This document shows positions 31,994-42,133 of a DNA stretch of 64,000 nucleotides, piece after piece. The notes below the pieces were generated by a model. That model was not told the origin of the DNA. It ran no database searches and saw only the letters and a list, made by a program, of their open reading frames with translations. The stretch covers positions 288,001 to 352,000 of the forward strand of contig OY970208.1 in NCBI GenBank assembly GCA_963713865.1, given 5' to 3'. Source of the DNA: an uncultured candidate division Zixibacteria bacterium (GTDB lineage: Bacteria > Zixibacteria > MSB-5A5 > RBG-16-43-9). Made by a program: the position numbers and the translations under genes. How positions within the stretch are numbered: position 1 is the stretch's first letter; each line of letters starts with the position of its first letter.

Positions 31994-33043
31994 TTAACGA
32001 GCTATCCCTGCTTCTCGAAAATATTCATAGATAGCTTCCGCTATAACCTGGTGCCCTTTCGCATTATAGTGGATATAATCCTCCCTCCCGCTGTCATAAA
32101 GGTCGCCCCGATCCTCAAAAAGCAAAGCCACATCCACCAGGGGAACTTTTATCTCCTTAGAAAGCTCCCTTAGGGCTGCATTGTAATGTTTATTGGCGAT
32201 ATGCGGTTTCGAAGTCTTACCTGGACCCAAAAATATCCGGGCGGAGGAGACCGGTGTGCTTAGAAATATCACCTTAATGCCTGAGTCCTGGGCTATTTCT
32301 ACCATCTCCTTTAAATTGACAATATAATCCATCAACGATACCCTGTATCCGAGTTTCATTTCCTCCGGTGCTTTTTTACTCAATTTTAACAAATTCATAA
32401 TCTCAAATTTCAAAAAAGAATAGATCTTTGAAAAAGAAAGACAATCGTCTATGTTCAAAATCCACTGAGGTGGAAATTTTTGATCCTTATCTTTTCGGGT
32501 TGACACACACATATCGTTCCAGCCATAGGAGAGAATGATGATATCCGGATGAAACCTTAAAATCTCTCTTTTAAGAAATCTCAGACCCTGATAGGTACTG
32601 TATCCGGTCATTCCGGCATTTATCACCTCAAACTCCGGTTGGGGTAAGTTCTGGTTCAAAAGGACTTCCAATCTCTTGGCATAGGTCTGTTCTGAATCAA
32701 CCTTCCAGCCAAAGGTACAGGAGTTACCCATACAGATTATCCTTTTCATATTCGGATTTTTGTTCTCGGAGAATTCTTTATCCCGGTAACCCTTTGAGTT
32801 TATCTTATAAATCCCGTCCACAAAGAACTTTCCTCTGATGGTCTGATTGGGTCTGATCCTCCAGAAAAGCTCGGAATCCTTTTTGTAATACTTAGGGTAA
32901 TTGAGCTCTGGGTTCAAAAGAAAGGTTTTATCTGGATATATTTGAATATTTATCAGTCTGAAAAAAAGCTCCCCCAACAACAAAAACAAAATGACGCTTG
33001 AAAAAGAGAAAAGCAGGGTTTTGGAGAGTTTCGGTTTATCCAT
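31994..33043 (-). CDS. SGNH/GDSL hydrolase-like protein
   Basis: INSKGYRD, MGNSCTFG, INAGMTGYST, GWND, DYIHYNAKGH. Confidence 0.85.
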   Translation of the reverse strand: MDKPKLSKTLLFSFSSVILFLLLGELFFRLINIQIYPDKTFLLNPELNYPKYYKKDSELFWRIRPNQTIRGKFFVDGIYKINSKGYRDKEFSENKNPNMKRIICMGNSCTFGWKVDSEQTYAKRLEVLLNQNLPQPEFEVINAGMTGYSTYQGLRFLKREILRFHPDIIILSYGWNDMCVSTRKDKDQKFPPQWILNIDDCLSFSKIYSFLKFEIMNLLKLSKKAPEEMKLGYRVSLMDYIVNLKEMVEIAQDSGIKVIFLSTPVSSARIFLGPGKTSKPHIANKHYNAALRELSKEIKVPLVDVALLFEDRGDLYDSGREDYIHYNAKGHQVIAEAIYEYFREAGIAR

Positions 33044-33049
33044 CAGAAT

Positions 33050-33217
33050 TTAGAAAAGAGAATAAATGAAAGGGGCAATGACCGAGCTTTCCGCAAAGAT
33101 TATAAGCAATGAGAGGATGAGCAGGATGAAGATTATCGGTCCCAGCCAGTATCTTTTCCTGAACCGAATGAACTGCCAGAACTCCTTGAAGATCGAAAAA
33201 CGAGAGAAAAAACTCAT
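33050..33217 (-). CDS. DUF5989/SxtK-like small membrane protein (55 aa), not in the ORF track
   Basis: MSFFSRFSIFKEFWQFIRFRKRYWLGPIIFILLILSLLIIFAESSVIAPFIYSLF*; AAGGAG SD; typical RKxYWLxP...APFIYxLF motif. Confidence 0.85.
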   Translation of the reverse strand: MSFFSRFSIFKEFWQFIRFRKRYWLGPIIFILLILSLLIIFAESSVIAPFIYSLF

Positions 33218-33231
33218 ATTATCTCCTTTAT

Positions 33232-33869
33232 TGTCATTCTGACCCTGCCAAAGGCGGGGGAAGAATCTAATCTTTTTTAGTATCCAGATGCTTCGCTTCG
33301 CTCAGCATGACACCTCCCACCTTCGCTTGTCATTCTGAGCCCTACTGGCGAAGAATCTCTTCTTTTCTATTTGAGATTCTTCACTTCATTCAGAATAACA
33401 CCTCCCATCCCCTGTCATTCTGAGGGAGTTCCCTACAAGGGCGACCGAAGAATCTCAATAAATTCCTCATTTAAATCCTTCCATTCTGGATTAACTGATT
33501 CTATCAAGCTAATTTTCTTAATCCTCAACCATCCTTTAATCTGTTTCTCTCTGGTAATAGCACTTCTCACATCTTCTGTCATTTCATAATAGACTAATTT
33601 AGTGAGATTATATTTCTTGGTAAATCCCGCAATTAACTTATTCTTATGCTCATACATTCTGCGTTCTAAGTTATTAGTAACTCCTGTATATATAGTTCCT
33701 GAGTTATTAGTTAAGATATAAACATAATACTGTTTCATATTTTTTCAATGAAATTTTCAGATACTTCGCTTTGCTCAGTATGACACCTCCCACCTTCGCT
33801 TGTCATTCTGAGCCCTACTGGCGAAGAATCTCTTCTTTTTTATTATCAGATGCTTCGCTTAGCATGACA
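33232..33869. repeat. Cluster of TGTCATTCTGAG...GAAGAATCT / AGAT(T/G)CTTCG...ATGACA REP-like hairpins around a GIY-YIG gene, including 82-bp direct repeats
   Basis: Near-identical direct repeats at 33285-33366 and 33758-33839; same family at 62938-63011 and 63282-63368. Confidence 0.85.
33433..33738 (-). CDS. GIY-YIG nuclease family protein
   Basis: YYVYILTN..TIYTGVTNNLERRMYEHK, LVYYE, AITREKQIKGW.R..K..LIE..NPEW.DL. Confidence 0.93.
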   Translation of the reverse strand: MKQYYVYILTNNSGTIYTGVTNNLERRMYEHKNKLIAGFTKKYNLTKLVYYEMTEDVRSAITREKQIKGWLRIKKISLIESVNPEWKDLNEEFIEILRSPL

Positions 33870-33881
33870 ACACTCAATCAT

Positions 33882-35615
33882 TTAATCCTGAGCAAACAAC
33901 TTCTCATACGAGAACTCCTCCTTAAGAGGAGGCATCTCCTCTTTATCTAATACGAAATTACCCATAATAAGGTAGTCCATCCCGGAGCGCCTAAAGGAAA
34001 GATAAGCCTCTTCTGGAGTACAGACGATCGGCTCACCTCTTAAATTAAAAGAGGTATTCAAAAGGGCTGGATACCCGGTCAGGTTATAAAATTCTGCGAG
34101 CAGGTCATAAAAAAGCTGGTTCTCCTCTCTTTTCACGGTCTGTAATCTAGCTGAGCCGTCTACATGAGTTACTGCTGGAATCTCTTTACTCTTCACCTGA
34201 AAAGTCAGAAGCATAAAGGGGGAAGGTCTATCTATTTCAAAAAAATCCTTTGCTTTCTCCCAGATAATACTGGGCGCAAATGGCCTGAAACCTTCACGAT
34301 ATTTTACCTTTTGATTCACTCTATCCTTGTTCTCTGCCTTTCGAGGATCAGCTAAAATGCTCCGGTTACCTAAAGCTCTGGGACCAAATTCCATCCTGCC
34401 CTGAAACCAGCCCAGGATATTCTGTTCTGAAAGAAGTTTAGCAGCAAATTTAAGTAGTTCAGCCCGATTATATTCCTTATAAGTTATCCCCTCACAAATT
34501 AAAAAATCTTTTATCTGATCTTGTGAAAATCCCGGACCCAAATAGGCATCTTTCCATACAAAACCCCTCTGATTATTTAGAAGGGTGTAATAGATATAAG
34601 CTGCTACTCCCACTGCACCACCGGCATCGCTTGAACCAGGCTGAATAAAAAGCTCCTCCATAGGAGTCTCTTTTAAAATCCTTGAATTAGCCAAGCAGTT
34701 TAAGGCAACACCGCCGGCTAAGCATAAATTTTTCAAACCGGTTTCTTTATATAAATTGTTCGTCATCTTTAAAACAATCTCTTCAGTTACTTTCTGCAAA
34801 CTCGCAGCCATATCTTTATGCAGTTTTTTAATCTCAGTCTCAGGTTTTCTGGGAGCTGAACCGAAAAGTTTATCAAACCGGCCATTGGTCATCTTCAAAC
34901 CATAATCATAGGAGAAGTATCTCATATTCAGCTTGAAACTGCCATCTTCTTCTAAATCAACCAGCTCTTTCATTATAAGATCATAATGGACTGGCTCACC
35001 ATAGGGAGCCAATCCCATCACTTTATATTCTGCACTGTTCACCTTAAAACCTAAATAATAGGTGAAAGCACTGTATAAAAGCCCCAAGGAATGCGGGAAC
35101 CTCATCTCATATAAAAGCTCAATCTGATTATCTTTACCCATCCCGTATGCACCGGTCGACCACTCGCCCACTCCATCTATGGTAAGTATGCCTGCCTCTT
35201 TAAAGGGGGAGACCAAAAAACTTGACCCCGCATGGGAGAGGTGGTGCTCGATCATCAATACTTCTCCCTTATAATCAAGCTCCTTACGAATCAGAGATGG
35301 TATCCAGAGCTTTTCTTTCAGCCACATAGGAGTTGCCATCAAGAACGAGACAAAAGATTTTGGAAAGGTAGCTAAGTGCGAAAATAAAATCCTTTCGAAT
35401 TTGATAAAAGGTTTCTCATAGAAACCTATATAGTCAAGCTCCTTGGCAGATATATTTTCAGTGGAAAGGCAATAATTGATCGCTCGTAGAGGAAAGTTGG
35501 AATCGTGTTTAAGCCGGGAAAACCGTTCCTCCTGAGCTGCAGCTACTATCCTGCCATCTTTGAGCAAGGCAGCCGCTGAATCGTGATAAAAAGCTGAGAT
35601 ACCTAAGATATACAT
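33882..35615 (-). CDS. Carbamoyltransferase (NodU/CmcH/SxtI family)
   Basis: ILGISAFYHDSAAAL, AQEERF, EHHLSHA, IDGVGEW, EYKVMGLAPYG, AGGVALNC, GRMEFGPRALGNRS, LNTSFN. Confidence 0.95.
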   Translation of the reverse strand: MYILGISAFYHDSAAALLKDGRIVAAAQEERFSRLKHDSNFPLRAINYCLSTENISAKELDYIGFYEKPFIKFERILFSHLATFPKSFVSFLMATPMWLKEKLWIPSLIRKELDYKGEVLMIEHHLSHAGSSFLVSPFKEAGILTIDGVGEWSTGAYGMGKDNQIELLYEMRFPHSLGLLYSAFTYYLGFKVNSAEYKVMGLAPYGEPVHYDLIMKELVDLEEDGSFKLNMRYFSYDYGLKMTNGRFDKLFGSAPRKPETEIKKLHKDMAASLQKVTEEIVLKMTNNLYKETGLKNLCLAGGVALNCLANSRILKETPMEELFIQPGSSDAGGAVGVAAYIYYTLLNNQRGFVWKDAYLGPGFSQDQIKDFLICEGITYKEYNRAELLKFAAKLLSEQNILGWFQGRMEFGPRALGNRSILADPRKAENKDRVNQKVKYREGFRPFAPSIIWEKAKDFFEIDRPSPFMLLTFQVKSKEIPAVTHVDGSARLQTVKREENQLFYDLLAEFYNLTGYPALLNTSFNLRGEPIVCTPEEAYLSFRRSGMDYLIMGNFVLDKEEMPPLKEEFSYEKLFAQD

Positions 35616-35858
35616 TTAAAACTGCCTGCGAGCGTTTTCCAAATTAATTTCTATCTTCTCTTTTTTTATCCAGAAAGATTTTTTCTTGTCTTTCCATTTC
35701 TTATTTAAAAGGTCTTTTCCTAAAAACCTGAGGAAGATGGAGAAAAGCCCGAGTATAACAAAATAAAAAAGTGTCAGGATGATTATAGACTGGACATAAG
35801 CTACTTTTTTGGAAAAAGCCTTAATCCCAGACCAGAGTTTATTCAGAAAACTTCTCAT
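35616..35858 (-). CDS. SxtJ-like small membrane protein
   Basis: TM segment IILTLFYFVIL then GKDLL...SFWIK...RRQF; directly upstream of the carbamoyltransferase. Confidence 0.75.
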   Translation of the reverse strand: MRSFLNKLWSGIKAFSKKVAYVQSIIILTLFYFVILGLFSIFLRFLGKDLLNKKWKDKKKSFWIKKEKIEINLENARRQF

Positions 35859-36058
35859 AAAATTACCTCAAAAGACAATATTAAAGCCAAAAGCATAATT
35901 GTCAAGACTTCCTTGAAATAAAAGGAAAACAGAAGATGGAAAATGAAAAATAAATAAGAATTTGGATTGTAAACTTTAGGTTTACCAAAAATTCTTTTGT
36001 CTTAATATGAATTAAAGTAAAGCTGAAGCTTTACCCTTCAGAGTGTAGTCTTTCACTT

Positions 36059-37540
36059 TTATTGAAATCTGGAAACTATGGTTTTATAAATCTCCTCTGC
36101 AATAATCCTGTGCCCTTCTTGGGTAGGGTGGCAGTGGTCGATAAACAGGGTTTCATTTCCTATTTTACTGAAAGCAGAGACTGCATCCACTAAGGGAACC
36201 TCATATTTTAAAGAAAGATTTTTGAGTTTTTCCCGATATGCATTTTTAATCCTCAAAGACTGGAAATCCAGCTCCTTCGCCCTTTCTAATTCCTTTTGTG
36301 CTTCTACTAATTCCCCTGCATTTTTCAGGGCAATACCTAAGTTGTAAGGCAAGAGCGCATAAGAAGAATCCTGGGCAATCGCCTTTCTGAAAAGATTTTC
36401 TGCCACTTTATAATTCCCTTCTCTCCAGTATAAAACACCCAGGTTATTCAGATACACAAAATTATCCGGCTGGAAAATTAAACCCTTTTCATAAAAAGCT
36501 TTGCTGGAATCTATGTTCCCCTGATCCTCATAGGCAGATTTAAAAACCGTGATCGAATACCAGTCGATCTTATCATAAATTTCAGCAAAATGAGCCCAGT
36601 CAATGCAGTAGGAGACCTTCCTTTTTAAAAGGGATTGGGTCTCATCTGCCATCACCAGCTCACCTTTTTCGTCTTTTAAGCTGGTGAAGACTTTAAACTG
36701 TAAACCAGAAGGCCACTCCAATGGAACCGGAACATTTATCAAAACTATTTTCATATTGTTGTCTTTTGCAAATTTTATCATCCCCTCGATATTCTGATAA
36801 TAATCTTCAGGTGAAACCCTGACCATCACCTCCTTTTTCTCTTTTTGTTTTCTCTCAAGAGAAGCTTTAATCGGAAGAATAAGCTCTTTTAGAAATCTAT
36901 AGGTGGCAAGATGGTTAAGAGTGCCCAGAAAACCAACTAATTGAGGATTTCTATTCATCAGCTCTTTATCAGAAATGTAGCCATTTTGAGAGGCATCATT
37001 ATTTCCGAAATAGACAATTATTAAATCAGGAGAGTATTTTAATCCATAATTCTTAAGATAGGTTAACCCCTGCAAGGAGGTATATCCAGAAACGGCTGCA
37101 TTTACCAGCTCAAATTTTTTATCCGGATGTTTTTGATTCAAGATTTTGACTAATTGCTCCCCAAAAGCATCTTCTCTTTTATGCAAACCCAATCCAACTG
37201 GAGCAGAATCGCCTAATAAGAGTATTCTATAAGTGTTAGCTGGCTTTGGAATTGAAATCTCCGGACCTAAAAGTCCATCTGAATTGGTCTGGAAGATGCC
37301 TTTGTGAACATTGGGTCTGAATTTCCAGAGAAGAAAAGGGTCTCTTTCCTGAACCCCTAAAAAGCGGGAGAAAAGCTCCTGCTGCCAGAGCTTATTCTCC
37401 TTGATTAATTTCTCCTGGTCTGTACCTTTAGCTATGAGATGAAACCCTGAGTCCAGAACCCTTAAGATTATCTCTATAAATAGAAAAAAAAGGATTACAA
37501 GGATTATCGAGAAGAAAAGATATTTTAGTAATTTTGACAT
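36059..37540 (-). CDS. SGNH/GDSL hydrolase-like protein with TPR insert
   Basis: LLGDSAPVG, NAAVSGYTS, GNND, TPR (LNNLGVLY, YNLGIAL), DHCHPTQEGH. Confidence 0.85.
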   Translation of the reverse strand: MSKLLKYLFFSIILVILFFLFIEIILRVLDSGFHLIAKGTDQEKLIKENKLWQQELFSRFLGVQERDPFLLWKFRPNVHKGIFQTNSDGLLGPEISIPKPANTYRILLLGDSAPVGLGLHKREDAFGEQLVKILNQKHPDKKFELVNAAVSGYTSLQGLTYLKNYGLKYSPDLIIVYFGNNDASQNGYISDKELMNRNPQLVGFLGTLNHLATYRFLKELILPIKASLERKQKEKKEVMVRVSPEDYYQNIEGMIKFAKDNNMKIVLINVPVPLEWPSGLQFKVFTSLKDEKGELVMADETQSLLKRKVSYCIDWAHFAEIYDKIDWYSITVFKSAYEDQGNIDSSKAFYEKGLIFQPDNFVYLNNLGVLYWREGNYKVAENLFRKAIAQDSSYALLPYNLGIALKNAGELVEAQKELERAKELDFQSLRIKNAYREKLKNLSLKYEVPLVDAVSAFSKIGNETLFIDHCHPTQEGHRIIAEEIYKTIVSRFQ

Positions 37541-37735
37541 AGATTTTTATTTAATAATAAATTTATCCAGAAAACTAAAAATCATACGGAAAATAAGGGA
37601 TGGTTGACTAACTGTCAAGGATGGTTTAGATATCTTGCTCTTTTCTGGAAAGGATAAGAACGACCTCATCCTGACCCTCTTCTATAGGGAAAGGGTAAAA
37701 AATGACTCGGGGCTGTTCAAGAAATTTCAATTAGC

Positions 37736-38173
37736 TTATAATCTTTTTGGAATGCCGGTAACAAATGCTAAGAGCCAGATAGCCCAGGCATAGACTGAAA
37801 AACGGCTGAAAAGCTCCTGTGCTTTACCACCCTTAATCAGTGCCAGTATTGCCCAGATAAGATGCAGGAACATAATGACCAGGGCAGAAAAACCACAAAT
37901 AGAGTGGATATTCAAATTGATTTTAGCGGCTTTAATCGACATAATTGAAGTGCCGGTTAAATCGCATAAAAATCCGGTAAGGAACACTATTACCATCCAC
38001 AGCTTAAGCTTTTTTACGAATCTTTCTGACCAGATGGCGGAACTGTAGAAAATCAAAGCTGCCATTATAAACAGTATAGAAAGAAGCACTTTTTTTATGT
38101 TTGCCTTATTTAAATACTCGTACTTACCCTGCTTTAAACATAATAAATATAAGGGTTTTTTAGGATTTGTCAA
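37736..38173 (-). CDS. HsmA/TIGR03987-like membrane protein (true start probably GTG 38089)
   Basis: ALIFYSSAIWSE, GFLCDLTGT, HSICG..ALVIM..HLIWA, FSRFS...W.IWL. Confidence 0.7.
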   Translation of the reverse strand: MTNPKKPLYLLCLKQGKYEYLNKANIKKVLLSILFIMAALIFYSSAIWSERFVKKLKLWMVIVFLTGFLCDLTGTSIMSIKAAKINLNIHSICGFSALVIMFLHLIWAILALIKGGKAQELFSRFSVYAWAIWLLAFVTGIPKRL

Positions 38174-38249
38174 TTAAATAAGTTCCCAAAGAAATAGAAA
38201 CTTGATAGATCCAGGTTACCCTCAACCCGGGATAGCCCTTAATAAAAGA

Positions 38250-38491
38250 AAATGGACAGAATCCACCTGAGGCGGATTCTGTACCTACACGAAAAATAAC
38301 AGGGGTCCCGCCAAAGGCGGGACGACCGGAGTTTATTCACCTTGGCGAAGGTCATGAACCCTTTAAGATTGAATCCTTAAGTCTTTTAAAAATTAGCTAT
38401 TACAAAGCCACGCAAAAACTTACTAATTCTTGGACTATCCATAATAACCCACACAAAACCCATAATAACCTAATCCAAATTGAAACAGGCA
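38250..38491 (-). pseudogene. Decayed copy of the REP + tRNA-fMet 3' half + flank block also present at about 41372-41590
   Basis: AAATGGACAGAA..TTCTGTACCTAC, AAAAATAACAGGGGT, TTCACCTTGGCGAAGGTCATGAACCC, TATTACAAAG, ATCCATAATAACCCAC align with 41372-41590. Confidence 0.7.
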
Positions 38492-38880
38492 GTGGCTGGT
38501 ATTTTTCATGACCCTAGTACTAAAACTATGAGAGCACCTCATAGGTAATTTTTTCTTTATTGGTGTCTGTACACCAGACGCAGTGGATTTGATATCCGAG
38601 TTGGTATCTTTAGCTAACTTGTTGTTATTCAATATAATCTTTCTACTGAATAAGCTTACAGGATAATTTAATTTGTATCAATTTGTATCATTTGGGACGG
38701 TTTATGGACACTATTTGGACACCAGGATTGATAAATGGACAGATCGTGGGAGTCATAAATAGGTTTAACCGAAATGAATTTACCTTGACTTTTCCAATTC
38801 ATGAGTTATCATTTTACTAAAGTAGCGGATACTAATCATATCGAATTTTGTGAACCAGTGACCTCGAAAACAAGTCAAAG

Positions 38881-41163
38881 ATGCCTACTAAGATGTCTTT
38901 AGGGACTAAAATCTCTACACTCTGTTTCATGTTCTTACTTATTCTCTATCCAGGGCAGTCTCTTGTGTCATTTATTGATGTGAGTCCGAATCCTAATTTC
39001 AGAAATTTATATACCTCAGTTTTCTGTGCGGATTTTGACGGGGATGGGCGTTTGGATTTAGCGGTGGCAAATAGCGGAAGTAATACGGTCTCCATATTAA
39101 AGAACAAGGGGGATGGGACATTTCAGACTGCGGTTAACTATGGTGTAGGAAATTCTCCTGTGTCCATTTTTTCTGCTGATTTAGACGGGGATGGGCGTTT
39201 GGATTTAGCGGTAGCAAACAGCGGAAGTAATACGGTCTCCATATTAAAGAACAAGGGGGACGGGACATTTCAGACTGCGGTTAACTATGGTGTAGGAAAT
39301 TCTCCTGTGTCCATTTTTTCTGCTGATTTAGACGGGGATGGGTATTTGGATTTAGCGGTGGCAAATAGCAGAAGTAATACGGTCTCCATATTAAAGAATA
39401 AGGGTAATGGAACATTTCAGACTGCGGTCAACTATGCAGCAGGGGACGTTCCTGCTTCTATTTTTTGTGCGGACTTAACCGGGGAGGGTGATATAGACTT
39501 AGCTGTAGCAAATAGTGAAAGTAACACTGTCTCTTTATTTAAGAACAACGGTAATGGAACTTTTCAGGCTAAAGTTGATACTGGTACGGGAAAGAGTCCT
39601 TATTCTATTTTCTGTGCGGATTTAGACGGGGATGGCCATTTAGATTTAGCAGTGGCAAACAGTGGAAGTAACACTATCTCCATATTCAAGAATAAGGGGA
39701 ACGGAATTTTTCAAGGTTCAGTGAACTACACTGTTGGTGAACGTCCGCATTCTATTTTCTGTGCGGATTTAGACGGGGATGGGCATTTGGATTTAACTGT
39801 GACAAATAATTATAGCAATGATGTTTCTATTCTCAAGAACAAGGGTGATGGAACATTTCAGTCGGCAGTGAACTATGCAGGAGGGGACGGTCCTGCTTCT
39901 ATTTTTTGTGCAGATTTAAATGGTAATGGATATAAAGACTTGGTCGTGACAAATGATGGAAGTGAACAGGATATTTTTGTAAGCAGTAGTATTTCAATTT
40001 TAGAAAACCAAGGGGATGGCACATTTCCGAGACCGCTTAACTATAGAGTAGGAAGCGAGCCTATTTCAGTCTTTTGTGCGGATTTAAATGGGGATGGAGC
40101 TGAAGACTTAGCTGTGGCAAATAATAATAGTAACGATATTTCCATTCTCAACAACAATGGTGATGGGACATTTCAGAGCGCGATCAACTATCCAGCAGGA
40201 AACCGCCCTGCTTCTGTTTTTTGTGCAGATTTAGACGGGGATAGGCATTTAGACTTAGCGGTGGCAAATAGCAGGAGCAACACCATTTCCGTATTAATCA
40301 ACAATGGTGATGGAACTTTTCAGAACGCGGTCAGCTATGTTGTGGGAAATTCTCCTCTGTCTATTTTTTGTGCAGATTTAGATAGGAACGGACGTTTTGA
40401 CTTAGCTGTGGCAAACAGCGGAAGTAACACTGTCTCCATACTGAAGAACAATGGTGATGGAACTTTTGCGACCGCGGTTAACTACAGCGTAGACAGTGCA
40501 GGGGCAGTTCCTACTTGTGTCTTTTGTGCGGATTTAGACGGAGATGGGGATTTAGATTTGGCGGTCGCGAATAATGCTGGCTATATCACCATATTGAAGA
40601 ATAACAGCGATGGAACTTTTCAATCCAAAGTTGACGGCACCATAGGAATCTATATTCCAGAAGTGGAGTACCCTGTAGGAATTTTTCCTCATTCTATTTT
40701 TTGTGCGGACTTTGACGGGGATAAGGATTTAGACTTGGCTGTTGCAAATAGTGGAAGTAATACTATCTCCATATTAAGGAACAAAGGTGGTGGGACTTTT
40801 GAGGCAGCTGTCAACTACAGCGTGGGGGACGTTCCTAGTTCTATTTTCTGTGCGGACTTAAACGGGGATGGGCATTTAGATTTAGCTGTGGCCAATAGCG
40901 GAAGTAATACTATCTCCATATTCAAGAATAAGGGGAATGGAATTTTTCAAACTCCAGTTAATTATACTGTTGGTGAACGTCCGCATTCTATTTTCTGTGC
41001 GGATTTAGACCGGGATGGGAATTTAGACTTGGCTGTGGTAAACACTTATAGCAACGATGTTTCCATTCTCAAGAACAATGGTAATGGGACATTTCAGAGC
41101 GCTGTAAGCTATGCGGCAGGGGATGTTTCTAATTTTATTTATTGTGTACATTCATATAGATAG
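38881..41163 (+). CDS. FG-GAP/VCBS repeat (beta-propeller) protein, likely exported
   Basis: About 14 repeats of ADLDGDGxLDLAVANSxSNTxSILKNxGxGTF; near-identical 147-bp DNA repeats starting at 39037, 39184 and 39331. Confidence 0.92.
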   Translation: MPTKMSLGTKISTLCFMFLLILYPGQSLVSFIDVSPNPNFRNLYTSVFCADFDGDGRLDLAVANSGSNTVSILKNKGDGTFQTAVNYGVGNSPVSIFSADLDGDGRLDLAVANSGSNTVSILKNKGDGTFQTAVNYGVGNSPVSIFSADLDGDGYLDLAVANSRSNTVSILKNKGNGTFQTAVNYAAGDVPASIFCADLTGEGDIDLAVANSESNTVSLFKNNGNGTFQAKVDTGTGKSPYSIFCADLDGDGHLDLAVANSGSNTISIFKNKGNGIFQGSVNYTVGERPHSIFCADLDGDGHLDLTVTNNYSNDVSILKNKGDGTFQSAVNYAGGDGPASIFCADLNGNGYKDLVVTNDGSEQDIFVSSSISILENQGDGTFPRPLNYRVGSEPISVFCADLNGDGAEDLAVANNNSNDISILNNNGDGTFQSAINYPAGNRPASVFCADLDGDRHLDLAVANSRSNTISVLINNGDGTFQNAVSYVVGNSPLSIFCADLDRNGRFDLAVANSGSNTVSILKNNGDGTFATAVNYSVDSAGAVPTCVFCADLDGDGDLDLAVANNAGYITILKNNSDGTFQSKVDGTIGIYIPEVEYPVGIFPHSIFCADFDGDKDLDLAVANSGSNTISILRNKGGGTFEAAVNYSVGDVPSSIFCADLNGDGHLDLAVANSGSNTISIFKNKGNGIFQTPVNYTVGERPHSIFCADLDRDGNLDLAVVNTYSNDVSILKNNGNGTFQSAVSYAAGDVSNFIYCVHSYR

Positions 41164-41285
41164 ATATTCAGACTTGATCAGTCAAATACTTTTGGCGATA
41201 GTGTATTTGTACTTTTTTGTTCTGTCAGGAGCTACTCCTGACAGAAGTGTCAGGTCTGAGGACCTGATACAACATAGAATTAAAA

Positions 41286-41465
41286 ATTGCGGGGGTCCCG
41301 CCAAAGGTGGGGGATGGACAACCAGCCTGCAAAAATATACGTTAATCAATAAATCCGAGTTATCCTCAAAAAAATGGACAGAACGATGTTCTGTCCCTAC
41401 GCAATAAATAAAAAATAGCGGGGGTTGGATTTGAACCAATTCGCCTTGGCGAAGGTTATGAGCCC
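41286..41465 (-). pseudogene. tRNA-fMet remnants: decayed copy (41287-41330) and 3' 50 nt with mini-palindrome (41416-41465)
   Basis: TAGCGGGGGTTGGATTTGAACCAATTCGCCTTGGCGAAGGTTATGAGCCC is identical to the array units; the whole block is homologous to 42532-42732. Confidence 0.8.
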
Positions 41466-41971
41466 ATTAAGACTGTTTCCCTAACCCTTTAAAATATCAG
41501 TTATTACAAAGGACCACAAAAACTTCCTTACTTTCTCACCATCCATAATAACCCACCATAATCCAAGATCATCCAACCTGAAATGAGGCATAAAAGAGGC
41601 ACGGGATAGATTCCCCCCCTAGTACCACTCCCTATTTCTTGAGAAATTTCGATTTTTTAGTTGACTTAGCAGAGGGGATTGGTTAAACTATATATGTTAA
41701 TCGACTAATATCATAGATTAGCGTTCTGTAAGCGAGCGTTTAAAGAACGATTTTAGAGGGAGAAGGATTTATGTTTGGGGGAATATCAGACACGCAAATC
41801 TGCTCATTAATACCTGACTTTTTTGGGGGTTCTATAGGATGGTAGGGGGGGTTCACAGATGCCCGCTTTCAGTTAACAGAACTTTTTTTTGGAGTCTTCT
41901 GATATCTTTCCCTTTGAAAATATTATGGTGGAGGGAATGCTCAAAAAAAGCTATAAGATAAGGAGGAAGCC

Positions 41972-42133
41972 ATGCCCGGAAAACCAACGAAGTATCAAGA
42001 AAGGATGAGAGTCTTGCGTGAGCAAGCAAGAAATGGCAATATGAGAGCCATGGAGGAGTTGTACAAAAGATACCACGTAAATGAAATAATGATTAACAAT
42101 GAACTCATAAACCTAAAGGAAAAGTTTGCGTGA
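41972..42133 (+). CDS. Small hypothetical protein (53 aa), not in the ORF track
   Basis: SD AGGAGG then MPGKPTKYQERMRVLREQARNGNMRAMEELYKRYHVNEIMINNELINLKEKFA*. Confidence 0.65.
   Translation: MPGKPTKYQERMRVLREQARNGNMRAMEELYKRYHVNEIMINNELINLKEKFA

Noticed and set aside
33050-35858. Saxitoxin biosynthesis
   Set aside because: Only sxtI/J/K-like homologues are present; there are no sxtA, sxtG or other pathway genes in the window.
41700-41970. Possible riboswitch or leader peptide (24-aa ORF at 41771) upstream of the 53-aa ORF
   Set aside because: No convincing conserved structure or motif could be identified by eye.
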